DNA of 63,730 nt, the filler included, from Sluysia triapertura (lineage: Eukaryota), in assembly GCA_046118255.1 (NCBI GenBank). It is 5 parts of 5 records of this genome, joined end to end, with 100 filler letters (N's around TTAATTAATTAA, not from the genome) between each part and the next. Parts side by side here need not be neighbours in the genome. Positions count along the whole stretch, not along the records: positions 37,479 to 51,813 come from JBJNIA010258181.1; positions 51,914 to 63,730 come from JBJNIA010167814.1; 3 more parts are not named here. One strand, written 5' to 3'. Position 1 is the first letter of the stretch, and every line of letters begins with the position of its first letter. The position numbers and the translations under genes were made by a program. Below are positions 39,071 through 52,800 of the stretch, piece after piece. The notes under the pieces are model-generated. The model made no database searches. It was not told the DNA's origin and worked only from the letters and a program-made list of their open reading frames with translations.

Positions 39071-40051
39071 GAATGAAGAAACCACAAATAAAAATATAGT
39101 ATTATTATTTGTGTTTCAATACCATTAAACAAAATAAATAATTCAGTTAGGTAAAGCACTTTGGACATTTAGTTGTCCTTATAAAGGTCATGCTAATAAC
39201 GTAAATTTCTTAATTGAAGCAATGTCTTTATTATTGAAGCGGTCATTTTTTTCGTTAATTCTAAGTATGTAAAATTTAAAATTAGCAATTAAATTTATTT
39301 GCTTATTAATTTATTATTAATTTATTAGTTACAAAGGTTATAGCGATTTAATAAACAATAACGAATTAATTAATTACAAACTTAATAAAATATAAGATGA
39401 GATAAAATAATAAATAATAAAAATGTTGAATTAACATATTAACTTTGTTAGACTTAATAATATAAGAGATTTTGAAGGTAACATAATATAGTATAATGTA
39501 ATCTTAAACAATTTTTAAAATAATTACTAAACGCAAGTTTTAATTATCCAAGAAGTTGTACTATGCAATTTCTAATTCGATGAACTTCAACGATAAATTA
39601 TTTCACGTCTTGGCCCATATATAATTTGTCTTAAAATTCTATTTTTAACACTAAGTATAAAAATTATATTGAGCTTGTTTAATTTAATTTTCTTTGTTGA
39701 TTTTCAGAAGAATTTAAATTCCAACTTGTTTGATAGTAATTGTGTTCAAGTTAGTTTTTATACTTTTACCTTATTATTAAATAAATTAAATTATTATATT
39801 ATTCATTATCATTATTTTTATATTATTAATAAAGTTACTATATTATTATTACGCATAATTATTATTATATTATGATTATTATTCTCAAGAATTTCGTAAG
39901 AACTTTATAAATACCATTTCGAGTACAAAGTTTTATCATTTCATTAATATGGTTTAATATTTCACATAAACAAGCAGAATGAACTCATTTACAAAACTAT
40001 TTTTCAACGTTTGTTTATTTAGCATTGAAGAATTATAAAATAAAATTTTAC

Positions 40052-43000
40052 CTGATAAATTAATCGATGTAGGTGGTTCATTAACATCACCGATTAGTAT
40101 AACGATATTAAATTTCGCAGAAAGTGGTGGTATACCATCATCAGTTACCAGTATGGATAGATTATATGAAGGTATTGTTTCATAATCTAGCTTCGCATTC
40201 GACTTTAACTAGAAGAATAAAATAATGTTACTTTACCTCGGAAAATATATTTTAAATATTTAATTATGCAATTAATTGAACACAATAATGTCAATGATTT
40301 AAAGCCCAAGTTAATCATTATTACATTTTCTTATCCTTATACACTTTCACACAATCAAGAACTTTCTATACACGATCTCATACCTTCTGTAATCTCAATA
40401 TTAAAATTAATTAAAATTAATTAATTAATTTAAATATTTTATTGACATTTTATTATTTTAATAAAATGTTTACATAATTTAGAAACTTTATAAAACTTAA
40501 ACTGTTTGTATATTTTTAAAATTTAACTTGTAAATCTTATACTTTATTAGTCATTAGTAGCTACTCGCTTTGCATTTATTCGAAGATTATCAAATAATAT
40601 TTCTGATTAAAATTATTGATTCTCATTTGCTTTGTGTTTATGTATAAACTTTATTCAAACAAAATTCTATATCAAAATTAGTAATAATAAATTGTTTATC
40701 AACTTTCACTTTACTTTTAAAATTATTCACAAATAACTTTAAGACTTCAATTTATTTTTGAAAATTGTAGTTAAAATTTAAATTTTTTCTACTAGTCTCA
40801 AAATTGAAATAACTTTTTAACTGCTAAAAAGTTATCAATGACAGCAGAATACAGATTGTTAAAATAATTTCAATCGAATGTATTTTATAAAAATTAATAA
40901 TATGTCTAAACCATACATAATTTGATTCATTTTTAATTTAAGAAAGGAACTAATTTAATTTTATTCGATTACTTTTACAGCTAATGAACTTGCCTTTTAT
41001 TAAAACTTTCTTTTATTAAATTTGAGATAAGATATGATTCAATTATCTGACAAATATTTAATCCAGAGAATTATCATAATCAAAATCCTATTTGGATTAA
41101 TTATTGTACTAATAATCAATAGGAATTCAAATTAAATAATCGATATGTCCACTTGAATAGATGATAAATGTTTATTTCATGAGTATAATCACGAAAATGA
41201 TTAACACCGTTTCAAAATTAAGTATTGTCTTAAAAATTCAGTTATTTAACTAATTCTTTGCAAAAATATTAGTTTACCTTTTTATCTCTTTATATAGTAT
41301 TTTTATGCGCATGTTAAAGTAAGCAGAAATTTTGTATATATCTTACAATATCCTCTTAAAAATCACTTTTTCTCTAAAGTCAATTTTATCATTTGACCAA
41401 TTACTATCCTATAAAATATGCACCTTTTAAAACTTATTCTATACATTTTTGCTTTTATTCTATATTTTCTATATTTTTATAATAAATTTACATCTATGTA
41501 TATTCAGTTATATAGTTTTATATCAATCTATTTTATAATGTGCATAAACTTTACATATCTACTAACTATTTTCTAGAACTTTTATAGAGGAAACAACAGT
41601 AGGTATAACGCTATTATTTTATTTTTAGTTACGTTTTAGAAGTTACAATAGTGAGTATTGTTTTTAAAAATAGAAGTATTTTTGTATTATTATAATTTTA
41701 GTTACAATATTATTAATAATTAATATTAACGTTGCTTTTATTATTATTATTTTTACTTTCATTGTTATTAGTAATTTTATGATACTATCTGTTTAAATGA
41801 TATTGTTTAATAAAATTATTTGTTATGTTAAATATTCCTATTTATCAGTTAGAAATTCTATTTTTGTCGATATTTAAAACGTTTAGAAATCGAGAATGTT
41901 AGCGGCAATAAATAGTGAAAGTTAAATTACTTTTCCAATAGGACTTAATATTAAATCAATTTGAAAAATTGTGCATTGAATATCAAAGAATTAGGGAGTT
42001 GACCAGATGTAGAATTGTTTGTAGTGCTGTTAAAATACGGAAATCCATCAAAATTAATTGTGGATACTATTATTATGGATATTATCAAATCATACAAAAT
42101 TTCGACTTGTATGTTTATGAAATTGTGAAATAATAAATCGAAATGTGGATAAAAGGAACTGCGAATCAACTTTGACTTCAAAAACATTTAGCTATTAGTG
42201 CCATTGAACGAGATAAAAGTAAAATATAGTTAGATTCTAATGTTATCTCGACAAAATACATGAAAATTATTAAAAGACACACCGTAAATGTTAAGTTAAC
42301 ATATTTAAAAGCAAAAGAATAACGATATATTACTTTCATTGTTCTATACCTAAAAAATATTATAATCAAACTGAAGTTTTGACCTCGATACTATCATTCA
42401 GAAGCCATTGAAGAATTCAGATAAAGATAAATTTAAGTGTTACTTGAAAAAAACGTTATCATTACTCAGTCCACGTCTCTGTGGATCAATTAATAATGAT
42501 GTGAATAAACTGTTTTATGAAAAATTTAAATGACGTGGGCATATTAGACTAGAAATATAAAGATTAATGTTCACGAATTAGTGATCAGAATGAGAATTAC
42601 TATCTCTTTGAACGAATAATCAAGGTTACTTCAGAGAACCTTATGATAATAGAAATGCAATTTTAGGTCCACTTAATGTTGATATATTAAATGTTAATTT
42701 CAATTGTTAGGAAAGAATGATATACTACAAGTAATACCGGGATTCTCAAAAATAAAAGAAGATTTAATACTCGATAATATTTATTTTAATTAAAACATTA
42801 TTTTAGTCCTTGTGTCTTGGGTACTTCCGACAGGGACAATTCTGCACTCGTATTTAAATTGACATCTAAAGACCTTCAATTTTAAATTTAAAGGTATTAT
42901 ACCTATTTTAAATTTTAAATGTTCAACTAAAAGCTTTAAGCTTATTTTAATCTCAATAAAAGCTCTAAATATCAGATGTTAATCTCTCTAAGCACCTTAA

Positions 43001-44717
43001 TATCAAAATAGTCTTTAAATCATACGCTTCTTTAGATAACTTGCTTGAAGACTTAGTAGGATTTAGATTTTCGGAAAAAAATTGAATTTTGTAAATAAAG
43101 CATTTTGAGCGTTCATTATTTTCAGTTATAATAAATTATTAAGTTTTATAAAACTAACTTTAATTGTTAAATTTTCAATGAAAAATACATCATTAAAATT
43201 AAGTAAAGTTGCATTAAATTTTTGCGTGATTTTATTAAAATTATCTGGATCGGTTACTTTTATATTGGTGAGGTTTGATAACGATGCAGCATTTTCTGGA
43301 ATCTGAAATAAATTAATTAATTAATGTCAATAAATGAATTTATACATATGCACGCATTTTATAAATATTTGTTTAAATTATTTTTTCATAAGAATTAAAT
43401 TATGACATTTTTATTGAAACTTTATTTTGTAAAATCAGAATTCGAATAATATTCGAAATTCATTCAAAAGTTTACAAATTGATTAGATTTAATTCAAGTT
43501 GAAAAATGATGATAAAGTAAAATTAGGAAAACCACAGAAAAAAAGTACAAACCTTTATCTGTTAAAGAAGATAATTAACACCACGACACTTATTTAAAAT
43601 AATTTAATTGAATTACAATAAAAATTTTATTTGTATAATTTAATTCATTTAAAATTGTTAAAATTAAAAATCACTTACAATATTAGTATCCAATGAAATT
43701 CCACTTGGTGACTCATTGACATCAACAATATCGATATTATAAACTTTACATATTAAATTTACACCACCTTTTAAGGCACATATATCCAAAGTTTCTTTGT
43801 TATATAATTCATAATTTAAATTTATTATTGATTTTGTCTAAAATTAAATCAATTTATAAAAATTAAATATCAAAATCTGTAAAAATATTCAATAACGCAT
43901 TTTTTGTAACAAATATACTATATACTATATACTATAAATATACTACAGTTTCAAATTAGTGCGGCAACACGTCTAGACATTGTTATGCCACTTTGAGGCA
44001 AAGGAAAAACATGAAATTATTAGTTACAATACATTTTTAAAAATGTTTTAATAATTTTTTAAAAGTCTAATTATAAACTTCCAAAGTGTGGCATTATTTT
44101 AAAAAATCATTCTTTTGTAAATTGGAAGATTATTTTATTATGTAGAGGTACAGTAATGCACCTTAAGAAGTTTGTAGGTGATTTATGAATTAGATACTAA
44201 GTCTTATTATTGTGATAATTTGATTAAAACACTGTAAAAAATATTTTGAGATAGCTTTATATTTTGAAAATAAAAATATATTGTAATTAAAACACTAATT
44301 TAATAAAAATTTAACCTTTTGATTTTTACGTATACATAACTGCATACAAATTTAAAATCTCTAAATTGTTACTAATTAAATAAAAATTTAAAATTACTAA
44401 TAATTTACACTTTTGGAAACTAAAACCTATTACATAATCTATAATAAACAATAAACAATAAAAAAATTATCCATGAAAAATGTATATATATTTTTAATAT
44501 GACATTTATTGAAATTAAATTGAAAATATTACTAAAATAACCTTTAATGTATTATTTTGATTAATAAGAAAAGATTTCAAATTGTCAAGGGTTATCACCA
44601 AATTATACGTATCATTCAAATCTGGATCTGCTACTTTCAATGTTCCTATTGTAGCATTTGCAAAGTTCTCTTTTATTCTAATTAATGACTGTGATTCGCC
44701 ATTTAGCAAAATATCCT

Positions 44718-44767
<50 letters not shown>

Positions 44768-46884
44768 TGATGGTAATATACGATAATTATAAGTTTATTC
44801 GACGTTAGGTTCATTTTCTTTATTCCAATTATTAACACGGCTCTAAATCGGTATATTAAACTTAATGATTATACTGTGGGATTTTTAATTCATAACCTAT
44901 GGCAAAATAAAATTGAGCATGTTACAGTAAACGACTTCTTTTCTATTTTTAGCAAGGAATTTCCTTTTTTAGAAAATAGTTTTTTAAGTTACTTTTCGTG
45001 GTTTTAATAATGAACAATTATAATGATGAACTATGACGAATCCTTTCTCGGAGATGGAATTGCTGTTTAATATAATATACTCATTTACCAAAAATAATCG
45101 CGGAGATTGTTATCGTATCACGAATATGATTGCATTATTTGAATTAAATCTGGTGTTTCTTTTATATCATTTTTTCTTGTTCACAAATTATGGCCTAGAA
45201 ATATTCAATTTTCATTACACAAAATATTAACTATAATCAATATTTCTTTAATCTATATTTTCTATTCTAACCAATTCAATTCCATAGAAACGTGTATGTA
45301 TTAGGTCTTTTTTCTACATACTACCTTATCTTAAGCATTACCGCTCTGTTAATATATTTTTCTTTGTATTACAATTCTAAATATGTACTTTATTCATTTA
45401 TGTCGGCCTTGCCAGTTAATATTGGTTTGTTTTTGTTAGTATTCATTTTTTAGCGAATTTGATTCGCAAATTTTTCTGGAAGTTAACACATTATGAGCGG
45501 GTATTCTTAAGTGACAGTACATAAAACGGGTACTAATACCCGCCCCGCTCATAATGTGTTAATTAAGTATGAATGATTCTCCATTCTTTTTTAGAGTTAA
45601 TTTTCATTTTGTTGTTTTAAGGTATTACTAAGCAATTTTGCAAGCGAATATGTAGATATATTTTATATTGTACAATAAATGAGATATACAGTTTTATTTA
45701 AATGTTTGTATTTTCAAATAATTTTCAACAATATTATTGAGTTCTGACACTAATAATGAGAAACAAAGTGTCAATTATATAAGTGACTATAATGAATTGA
45801 TCAGATCATCGGACTGAATAGTGAGACAACCCGGATTCGAATTCCGGTCATTCAATTTTATGAGGTCTAATATCAAATAACGCTTTCGATATAAAATTCA
45901 TAAATTAAATGATGGTGGCAGTTGGTGAAAATGTGTCAAATAAAACACTGTAATGAAAATAAATTGCCATATTGGAGTGATGGTTCAGGTACAAGATAAT
46001 GATGAGTTCTCACATTATTTGCTACTGTGATTGTTCAATTTGCCAAATCTTCGAAACTGACTTTTCGATCGAATAAATCATATAATTTTATTAATACACA
46101 ATAATATACTTTGTATTTAGGACTAATATTTAGTCAAGATTTAAGTAAGATTCCACATAAATTTATTTATGATTTAGAAAAAATGCAAAATATAACTTAG
46201 ATGTTTTAGGAATTTGAATATTAATATTCAGTTCACATGTAAGATAATCAAGTATTACAATAATATCAAATTGGTTTTAATGAAAAAATGCAGCAATTAT
46301 TAAAAGAAATATCCTCTAAATAATCATACGTACGTAGAAAACATTGTATATTAATTGACAACATGTCTGGATTTAGCATGTTAATTTGCAGCGAATCAAG
46401 TATTAGAAATACGATTACAATGTACTAATTAATGCGAATGAAATTTGTGGTTGAATTAAGGTGATCTTGTGGATAATCCGTTTACTATCGAAACTTGGTG
46501 AATCTAATATTAAGAATAGGTTTAATTTAGAAGATCCAAAACTAGTAGAATCGGAACATGCATGTCTTAAATACATCTTCAAGTATAAAAAATAAAAGTA
46601 AAGTTGGTGACTATTTACTGCACAATTTTAGTTGCCAACTTAAATGCAAACTAAATAAAATAAATGCCCCTATATTTGTGTACTTAAAGTTACAGATCAT
46701 TCATGAAAATATTTACTAAATGCAAGAAATAATATTTTACAATTAAATAAAGTATCATATTGAAAAGAAGTAGAAACTTTTACAAATATGGATGTAATAC
46801 ACGCTTTTATTTCAAATTCAGATTGAAATAATTCTCAGAAAGATGAATAAATAAATAATGAAATTTTTAATTAGAATGTGTCGC

Positions 46885-46959
<75 letters not shown>

Positions 46960-49900
46960 CCGTTGGACTTTCATCAACATTTTCGATAATAATAGTAAAA
47001 TTTTGAGTTATAGTTTGAAAGTTCTTATCTTCAATGTTGACTGTAAAATTAAATCTTTGATTTATTTCATAATCAAAATACGTTGCATTATCAATTTTCA
47101 TTATTGTGATACATTCTGTATATTTTGTACTTTTTTCAGTGAAGGTCTAAAAAATATATATTTCATATGAATAATAATAATAATAATATAATAATAATAA
47201 TAATAATAATAATAACATTAGATAGGTTTATTTGTCTTAAAATTTTAAGTAATAATCATACTAATAAAAATAATAATAAATACAATATAATAAATAAAAC
47301 CAAATATGATGAATTCAACTACAAAACATAATCATCATAAGTACATTTCAACTCAACCTGACATAATAATTCAAAACTCAACAAATTTTCACAATCATTA
47401 TGACGGCAATATTTAAATTGACATTTACACACAACTACAATCAAAAATTTAATAAATTCTAAAGCCAAATTTAAGAGATTACTAGGAAATCATTGTCAAA
47501 GAGAGATTCAAGTATACCTTTTATTTTAGTTAATTTAATATTAAAATACAAACTAACTTTACATTTGGTGTTAACACAAACTATAAGATCAGTTAAGCAC
47601 GCTACACGTAATTCGTCATTTTTATCTGGATCTTTGGTATATATTTCACCAATTATTTGTCCTTTAAGAAGATTTTCTTTTACCAATAGACTTCTGACAT
47701 CAATTTCAGATTTAAAAGATGCAAAGTTTGGTGGTTCAGCTACATCTTTTATGTAAAATGTTTGAGTCTGTCATCAAATATAAATAATATTAACTTCAAA
47801 ATAAATATCTTTAAAACAGAGTAATTAAAATATATTTATTACTATTTAAATATTTTCTTTATTTCTACACAATTTTGTTTTATTCGCGAATTTCAATAAT
47901 ATGCCATTTTCAATACTTATTTCAAGCATAAGCAATTTCTATATATTCAATACTATGCGTTTTTTGCCGAATCGTATGTTCTTTTTAAGAAAATAACAAT
48001 TACTTTCATTTGTTTTCTACGGATTTCGATTTGCACAGTCAACTAATGTTCATTGGTATTCATATACGTATCACTTCTTTATTGTAATTACAGTATTGTC
48101 CAACAGAATAGCGAGTAAATATAAATTCCAAAAAGTCTATTCATGTGCATTCAGGTAACGACAAAAAGTTATTTAATATCACAGAAATCGCTAACTTGCG
48201 TATCTCATAATTTGTGTAAAGTTTATCCTGAAGTTCAAAAGATGCAGTAAACTTATTTAACAAAATATGATTTTATTATTGTTTATATTTTATATGTGGT
48301 ACTAGATGATAAATGTAAATTCTAAGTTTATTAATTTTATTATTAACAATATATCAATAAAATATAACTTTTAACGATCAATAAGTGAAGTTAAATCAAA
48401 TTAACAATTATAATGTTAATTATTTTCTTTAATCAATTAAATATATAATTATTTAAAATATCAAACCTGTTGAACACTCAAACCAGCTACATCAGTACAG
48501 TTTAAAGTAATATTTATTTCTGATTTTGTTTCATAATCCAAATTTCCTATAACAATTAAACTTTGCTGACCAGTGACCAATGAAAACAACGTATTTTGAT
48601 TGACCAAATAACAAATGTGTTTACCAAAATCATTAATATCTTCATCGATAACTGTGAAATTAGTTAGAAGAGTTTGTAACTTTACATTTTCATTTATTGA
48701 ATTTTGATCGAAAATAATTTTAGTTGGTGAATCGTTAGAATCCAATATGGAAACATTTACTTTAAAATCTTGGGATAAACTAGGAAATCCATTATCCGCA
48801 ACCCGTATTTTTAATGATATCAAATGATTATTAATAGTTTTAGTCATACTTTCGTAATTAAATCCACACGATAAGTTTGATTCTAAACACATTTTCGTGT
48901 TTATGTTGGTCTAAAACAATTTATATTATTGTATTCTTTATTTATTATTATTATATATTTATTTTATTGCATTAACTTTATTTAATTTGATTAAATTTAT
49001 TTGTTTTAATTCATTAGATGCTTATTTACTGTTTACTAAAATGTTTAACTTTAAAAATTTAATACAACTTCTGTTTTATATCTGTTCTTTAAAAATCAAA
49101 TTAAGTTATAACTAGTATTATGCAGTTCTTTCTAAATGTCTTTGGATAGATTATATAAAATTAATAATTTATTAAAAACTAATTAAGCGTTATTTTCGAT
49201 TAAAATTAACTTAAAATAAAGATTGGCCAGAATATAAATTAAATGTTATTACGACAATAATACAATATTCTACTTATTATTATTAGTACTATTCAAGATT
49301 TACAAATAATTAATATCTTTGGCACTAGTTCGGATCATCGATCGATAGAGAATCTTCTCCAAAGACATTTAATTATCACTATGAATAAATTTTAAATTTA
49401 ACAGAGGTGTTTCTGGTGTCAAAATTACTTTTTTTATATTTTATTGTGTTACAATATTTTAGATATTAATTTTAATTTTGTATAAATATTATCTTTATTA
49501 TAATTAAATAAATAAATAAAATTTATAAAATTATAAGAAAAAATTAATAAATTAAAAAAAGTATGAAATTTAAAAATAAAATTTAAATAAAAAATTTGTA
49601 AGTAAGAATTTGAAAAAATAAAATTTAAATTAATTAATAATAATTAATAAAAGTTAATTTGTTTTGAACAATTATTTTGTTAAATGGCTGAAAAATAAGA
49701 TGGATGACTACAAATTTTTAAAATGGTAGAACAAAATTTTTACAGTTTAGGTAACTTTTACAGAAAATTTTGGAACTAATTGACTTTCAGAAGAATTGTT
49801 TTTTTTATCCATGAACAAGTAATTTTATTTTATTAAGATCGATTCACCAATTTGGGGAATCATAAAATCATTCGTAAAATAATTTTTATTTCATGCGACA

Positions 49901-50857
49901 TCTTAAAAAAGAGTTGCGAAATTTTATTATAAATTTTGTATAATATAATATATAAAAATAATATATAATATATAAAAATTGTATAATATAAAATTATTAT
50001 TATTATTGTTTATTTGTTTGGTGTAATTTTTAGTGAAAGTAAATTTTTTTATTATATATAACCTTAGTGAATTAGGTTTCATTAATTTTATAGACTGAAT
50101 TAATTTTTAAAAAACTGAATTTTTAAAGCAACATCATAATAAGGGTTGCGCAATTTACTAAAATATTGTTAATTTTTAAGCAACACCTTAATATGGGTTG
50201 CACAATTATAAAATATCTAATTAATAAATTAATTAAATTGTTTAGAAGTTGATTAATATCTTAAAATTTTATTAAGAGTATTAAAAATCCTAGTAATACG
50301 TCTCCAATAGTGGTATAAATCGTACATATTAGGCGAATTGACTCCTTAGGTATTTTGTAAGTAAGATTAAGTTTTTTTAAAAAAGAAACACTTGCAGTGA
50401 CTATTCGTGGATATTTAGCGATTATAACAATATTTATTGAAAAGATTTTTATTTTTAAAATGTTTTGGCAAAATTTACAATTGAATTCTTTCAGTACCAT
50501 AAAATAAAACAAAAACGTTTACTAAAATTGTTAAAATATACTAACATTATAAAAATATTACATAAATTATTTCTAATTAGTTATTGTAACCACTCAATTA
50601 ATAAAAACAAAATTAATGTAAGTAAATAGAAAGTATTAAATAAAATTTCAACTTTGACTTATACAAATTGTCAATTTTTATTCGAAATATCTCGTTTAAA
50701 ATAACAATTAAATAAAACTAACTATTAATTTATTTCCTTCCACTTTAAAATTATTTGCATAATTTTCTATTATTGTAAAAGAATAAAGCTGATCGACATC
50801 TTCATCTTTAACAATAAAGCGTGCTAACGTTTCGTTATGTGCAATATTTTCAAATAT
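40052..50857 (-). CDS. Large cadherin-repeat (Fat/protocadherin-like) protein, eight internal exons; incomplete at both ends
   Basis: Exons (minus) 50857-50723, 48910-48467, 47767-47558, 47146-46961, 44715-44542, 43837-43679, 43302-43159, 40208-40052. All GT-AG, joined in phase 0, with the last donor in phase 1. Ca-binding motifs xEN, DxD (DEDVD, DPD), LDYE/FNYE, VADNG/VTDDG and DxNDxP/DVNEPP recur over about 5 repeats. Confidence 0.92.
41960..42340 (-). pseudogene. Possible decayed 7TM/GPCR remnant in a cadherin intron
   Basis: Hydrophobic segments with ESNYILLLSRSMALI (TM3-like) and LQTILHLVNSLIL (TM7-like), separated by stops. Confidence 0.25.
44718..44765. repeat. (AAT)n microsatellite forming the acceptor tract of a cadherin exon
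   Basis: Sense strand reads (TAT)n-ATAAG|exon at 44715. Confidence 0.9.
45483..45562. mobile_element. Miniature piggyBac-type MITE (72 bp) with TTAA target-site duplication
   Basis: TTAA-CACATTATGAGCGGG...CCCGCTCATAATGTG-TTAA: perfect 15-bp TIRs (45487-45501 and 45544-45558), TTAA on both sides, plus an inner inverted pair GCGGGTATT/AATACCCGC. Confidence 0.75.
45803..45855 (+). repeat. tRNA-derived fragment (SINE head or pseudo-tRNA)
   Basis: Canonical T-arm CCGGA-TTCGAAT-TCCGG at 45831-45847 (B box). Shares CATCG(G/A)ACTG..AGTGA..CCCGG..TCA with the 60975-61035 copy. Confidence 0.5.
46886..46955. repeat. (AAT)n microsatellite just inside a cadherin donor site (a second, imperfect tract at about 47170-47213)
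   Basis: Sense strand reads exon|GTATTT(ATT)n. Confidence 0.95.
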
Positions 50858-51813
50858 CTAAAATAAAATAAAATAAATTTTTTTCGTGCTCTAAAACTAA
50901 AAATTTTAAAACCACAATTAAAATTTATTTTACTAATGAAAAAATAATATATGATATGAAACATTTCTTATTAAACTGAATAACTAAAAAGATTTATTTT
51001 ATTTGATATTATTCCCATTGTCATACATTTTGTTTAATGTTTGGCTTCTTTATAATATTTGATTTTGCATTTTACTTAATATTTTACTTAATAAAATAGT
51101 AATTGAAGTATATTATCAAAATGAGTACAGATACATCAAAGTTTATGGCGAGTATATAGTTTGTAAAAATATATTTTGTTATAAAAAACATAATAAGTTA
51201 AACACGTCAAAAATGACCATCTAATAATATGTTAAATGACAAAAAATTATTGCAAGAAAGAAATACATAGATTTTCAAATATTTGTGAGCTATAATATCT
51301 TTAATCTCATTAATGCTTACTTTAGTTTACCGGCGTACAATCAAATCTGTTTCAGACATTCACATTTAAATTTGGTGAGAAGATACCTGTTTCAAATATT
51401 TACTTTAGACATTTACATTTTCTAGTTGAATTTAAAAGTAAGCGAAATAAAATAATTTATAGAATTTAAATTTAAATCTTATTTAAAATTGACTAGAATC
51501 TGTGCCTTTGTTTATGTTAAACTATAAACTATAATCAATAAATAGTTTGATTTAATTATTTATTAAAGGGTTTTTGAATTTGACTCATGCAGCAGTTCTA
51601 TCTCACAGCAGAAACGAGTTAGAACTGCGATTTTTCAAATAGAGATTGAAATAATTAAATATTAGACAAAGTATTGAGACAGTTTGGGAAATTTGAAAGT
51701 TATTAAATCAAAATAATTTTAAGAGTATTGAAAGCAAACAATTTATTTAACAGGGTAATATTCATCAGAAAATTTTTGAGTTGTTTTGAAGTCACCATGA
51801 AGTTACAGAGACG

Positions 51814-51913
51814 NNNNNNNNNNNNNNNNNNNNNNNNNNNNNNNNNNNNNNNNNNNNTTAATTAATTAANNNNNNNNNNNNNNNNNNNNNNNNNNNNNNN
51901 NNNNNNNNNNNNN
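51814..51913. other. Artificial contig-joining spacer
   Basis: N44-TTAATTAATTAA-N44. Confidence 0.97.
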
Positions 51914-52269
51914 TTGGGTGTGAAAAATAGAAAATTAATTAAATAATAGAAAGTGAAATTAAATTCATTATTTTAATGTATGTTAACAGTTTTGCTGATT
52001 GTTATTTTAATGTGAGAAGAAATTAAGTAAAATAGACTGAGTAGAGTAAAAGGAAATGATAATAAATCAAATTTCTGTTTTGTACCTAATAAAGTTTGAC
52101 AGACTGTACCATGTAGTTGTCAAAGTTGTTATTGTCGGTCTGACTCTCAAAAAGGTTTGGATGATTCGTGTGAGTGAATGTTTGGTTGTGAGATTGTGAC
52201 TTGATTGGATGATCAGAGAGTATAAAATAAAGATTTCTAAATTTTTACAACACAATAACAACGGTGACA
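51914..52269 (-). repeat. Interspersed LTR-like repeat, copy 1 (starts TGTCAC on the minus strand)
   Basis: Its reverse complement aligns by eye along about 330 nt with 63355-63730. Similarity ends sharply at TGTCAC. Confidence 0.75.
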
Positions 52270-52424
52270 CCACGGTACAATGACACAATGGTATGAAGAT
52301 CCATGTATAGGGTAAAATTTTCATTTATTCTTTTTATTTTATTATATTAAAATAAGATAAGTAATAGATTATATTTTAATTTAATACCAGCTTTTAATTT
52401 GATTTTTTTTCATTATTAAAACAG

Positions 52425-52800
52425 TTTTGTGGGAAACACCTCAGGTAATTTTTGTAAATTTTTAAAATTTGATTTTTTGTTACTACTAAAAGAGTTTGTG
52501 GGAAACGCCCCAAGTAATTTTTGAGAATTATAATACTTAATTTTTAGACATTTAAAGATACTTTTGGTAGAAACTCCCCACGCAATTTTCGTTAACAATA
52601 ATATTTGATTTTTAGATATTTTAAAGATACTTTTAGAAGAAAATCCCTAAGCAATTTTTGTTAAGATTATATTTGATGTTTAATTATTTTTAAGGTAGTT
52701 AATTGAGAAAAAGTTTACATAATTTTTGTTGAAGATTATATTATATTTGAATTTTCAGCTATTTTAAGGTGAAGTGAATAGGAACTCCCTATGCAATTTA
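52425..52800 (+). repeat. Degenerate minisatellite, about 68-nt unit, about 6 copies
   Basis: Cores tttgtgggaaacacctcaggtaatttt (52427), tttgtgggaaacgccccaagtaatttt (52496), ggtagaaactccccacgcaatttt, gaagaaaatccctaagcaatttt and taggaactccctatgcaattt. Confidence 0.7.

Noticed and set aside
52425-52800. Regularly spaced repeats resembling a CRISPR array
   Set aside because: Eukaryotic context, degenerate repeats, intervening sequences similar to each other, and no cas genes. It is a minisatellite.
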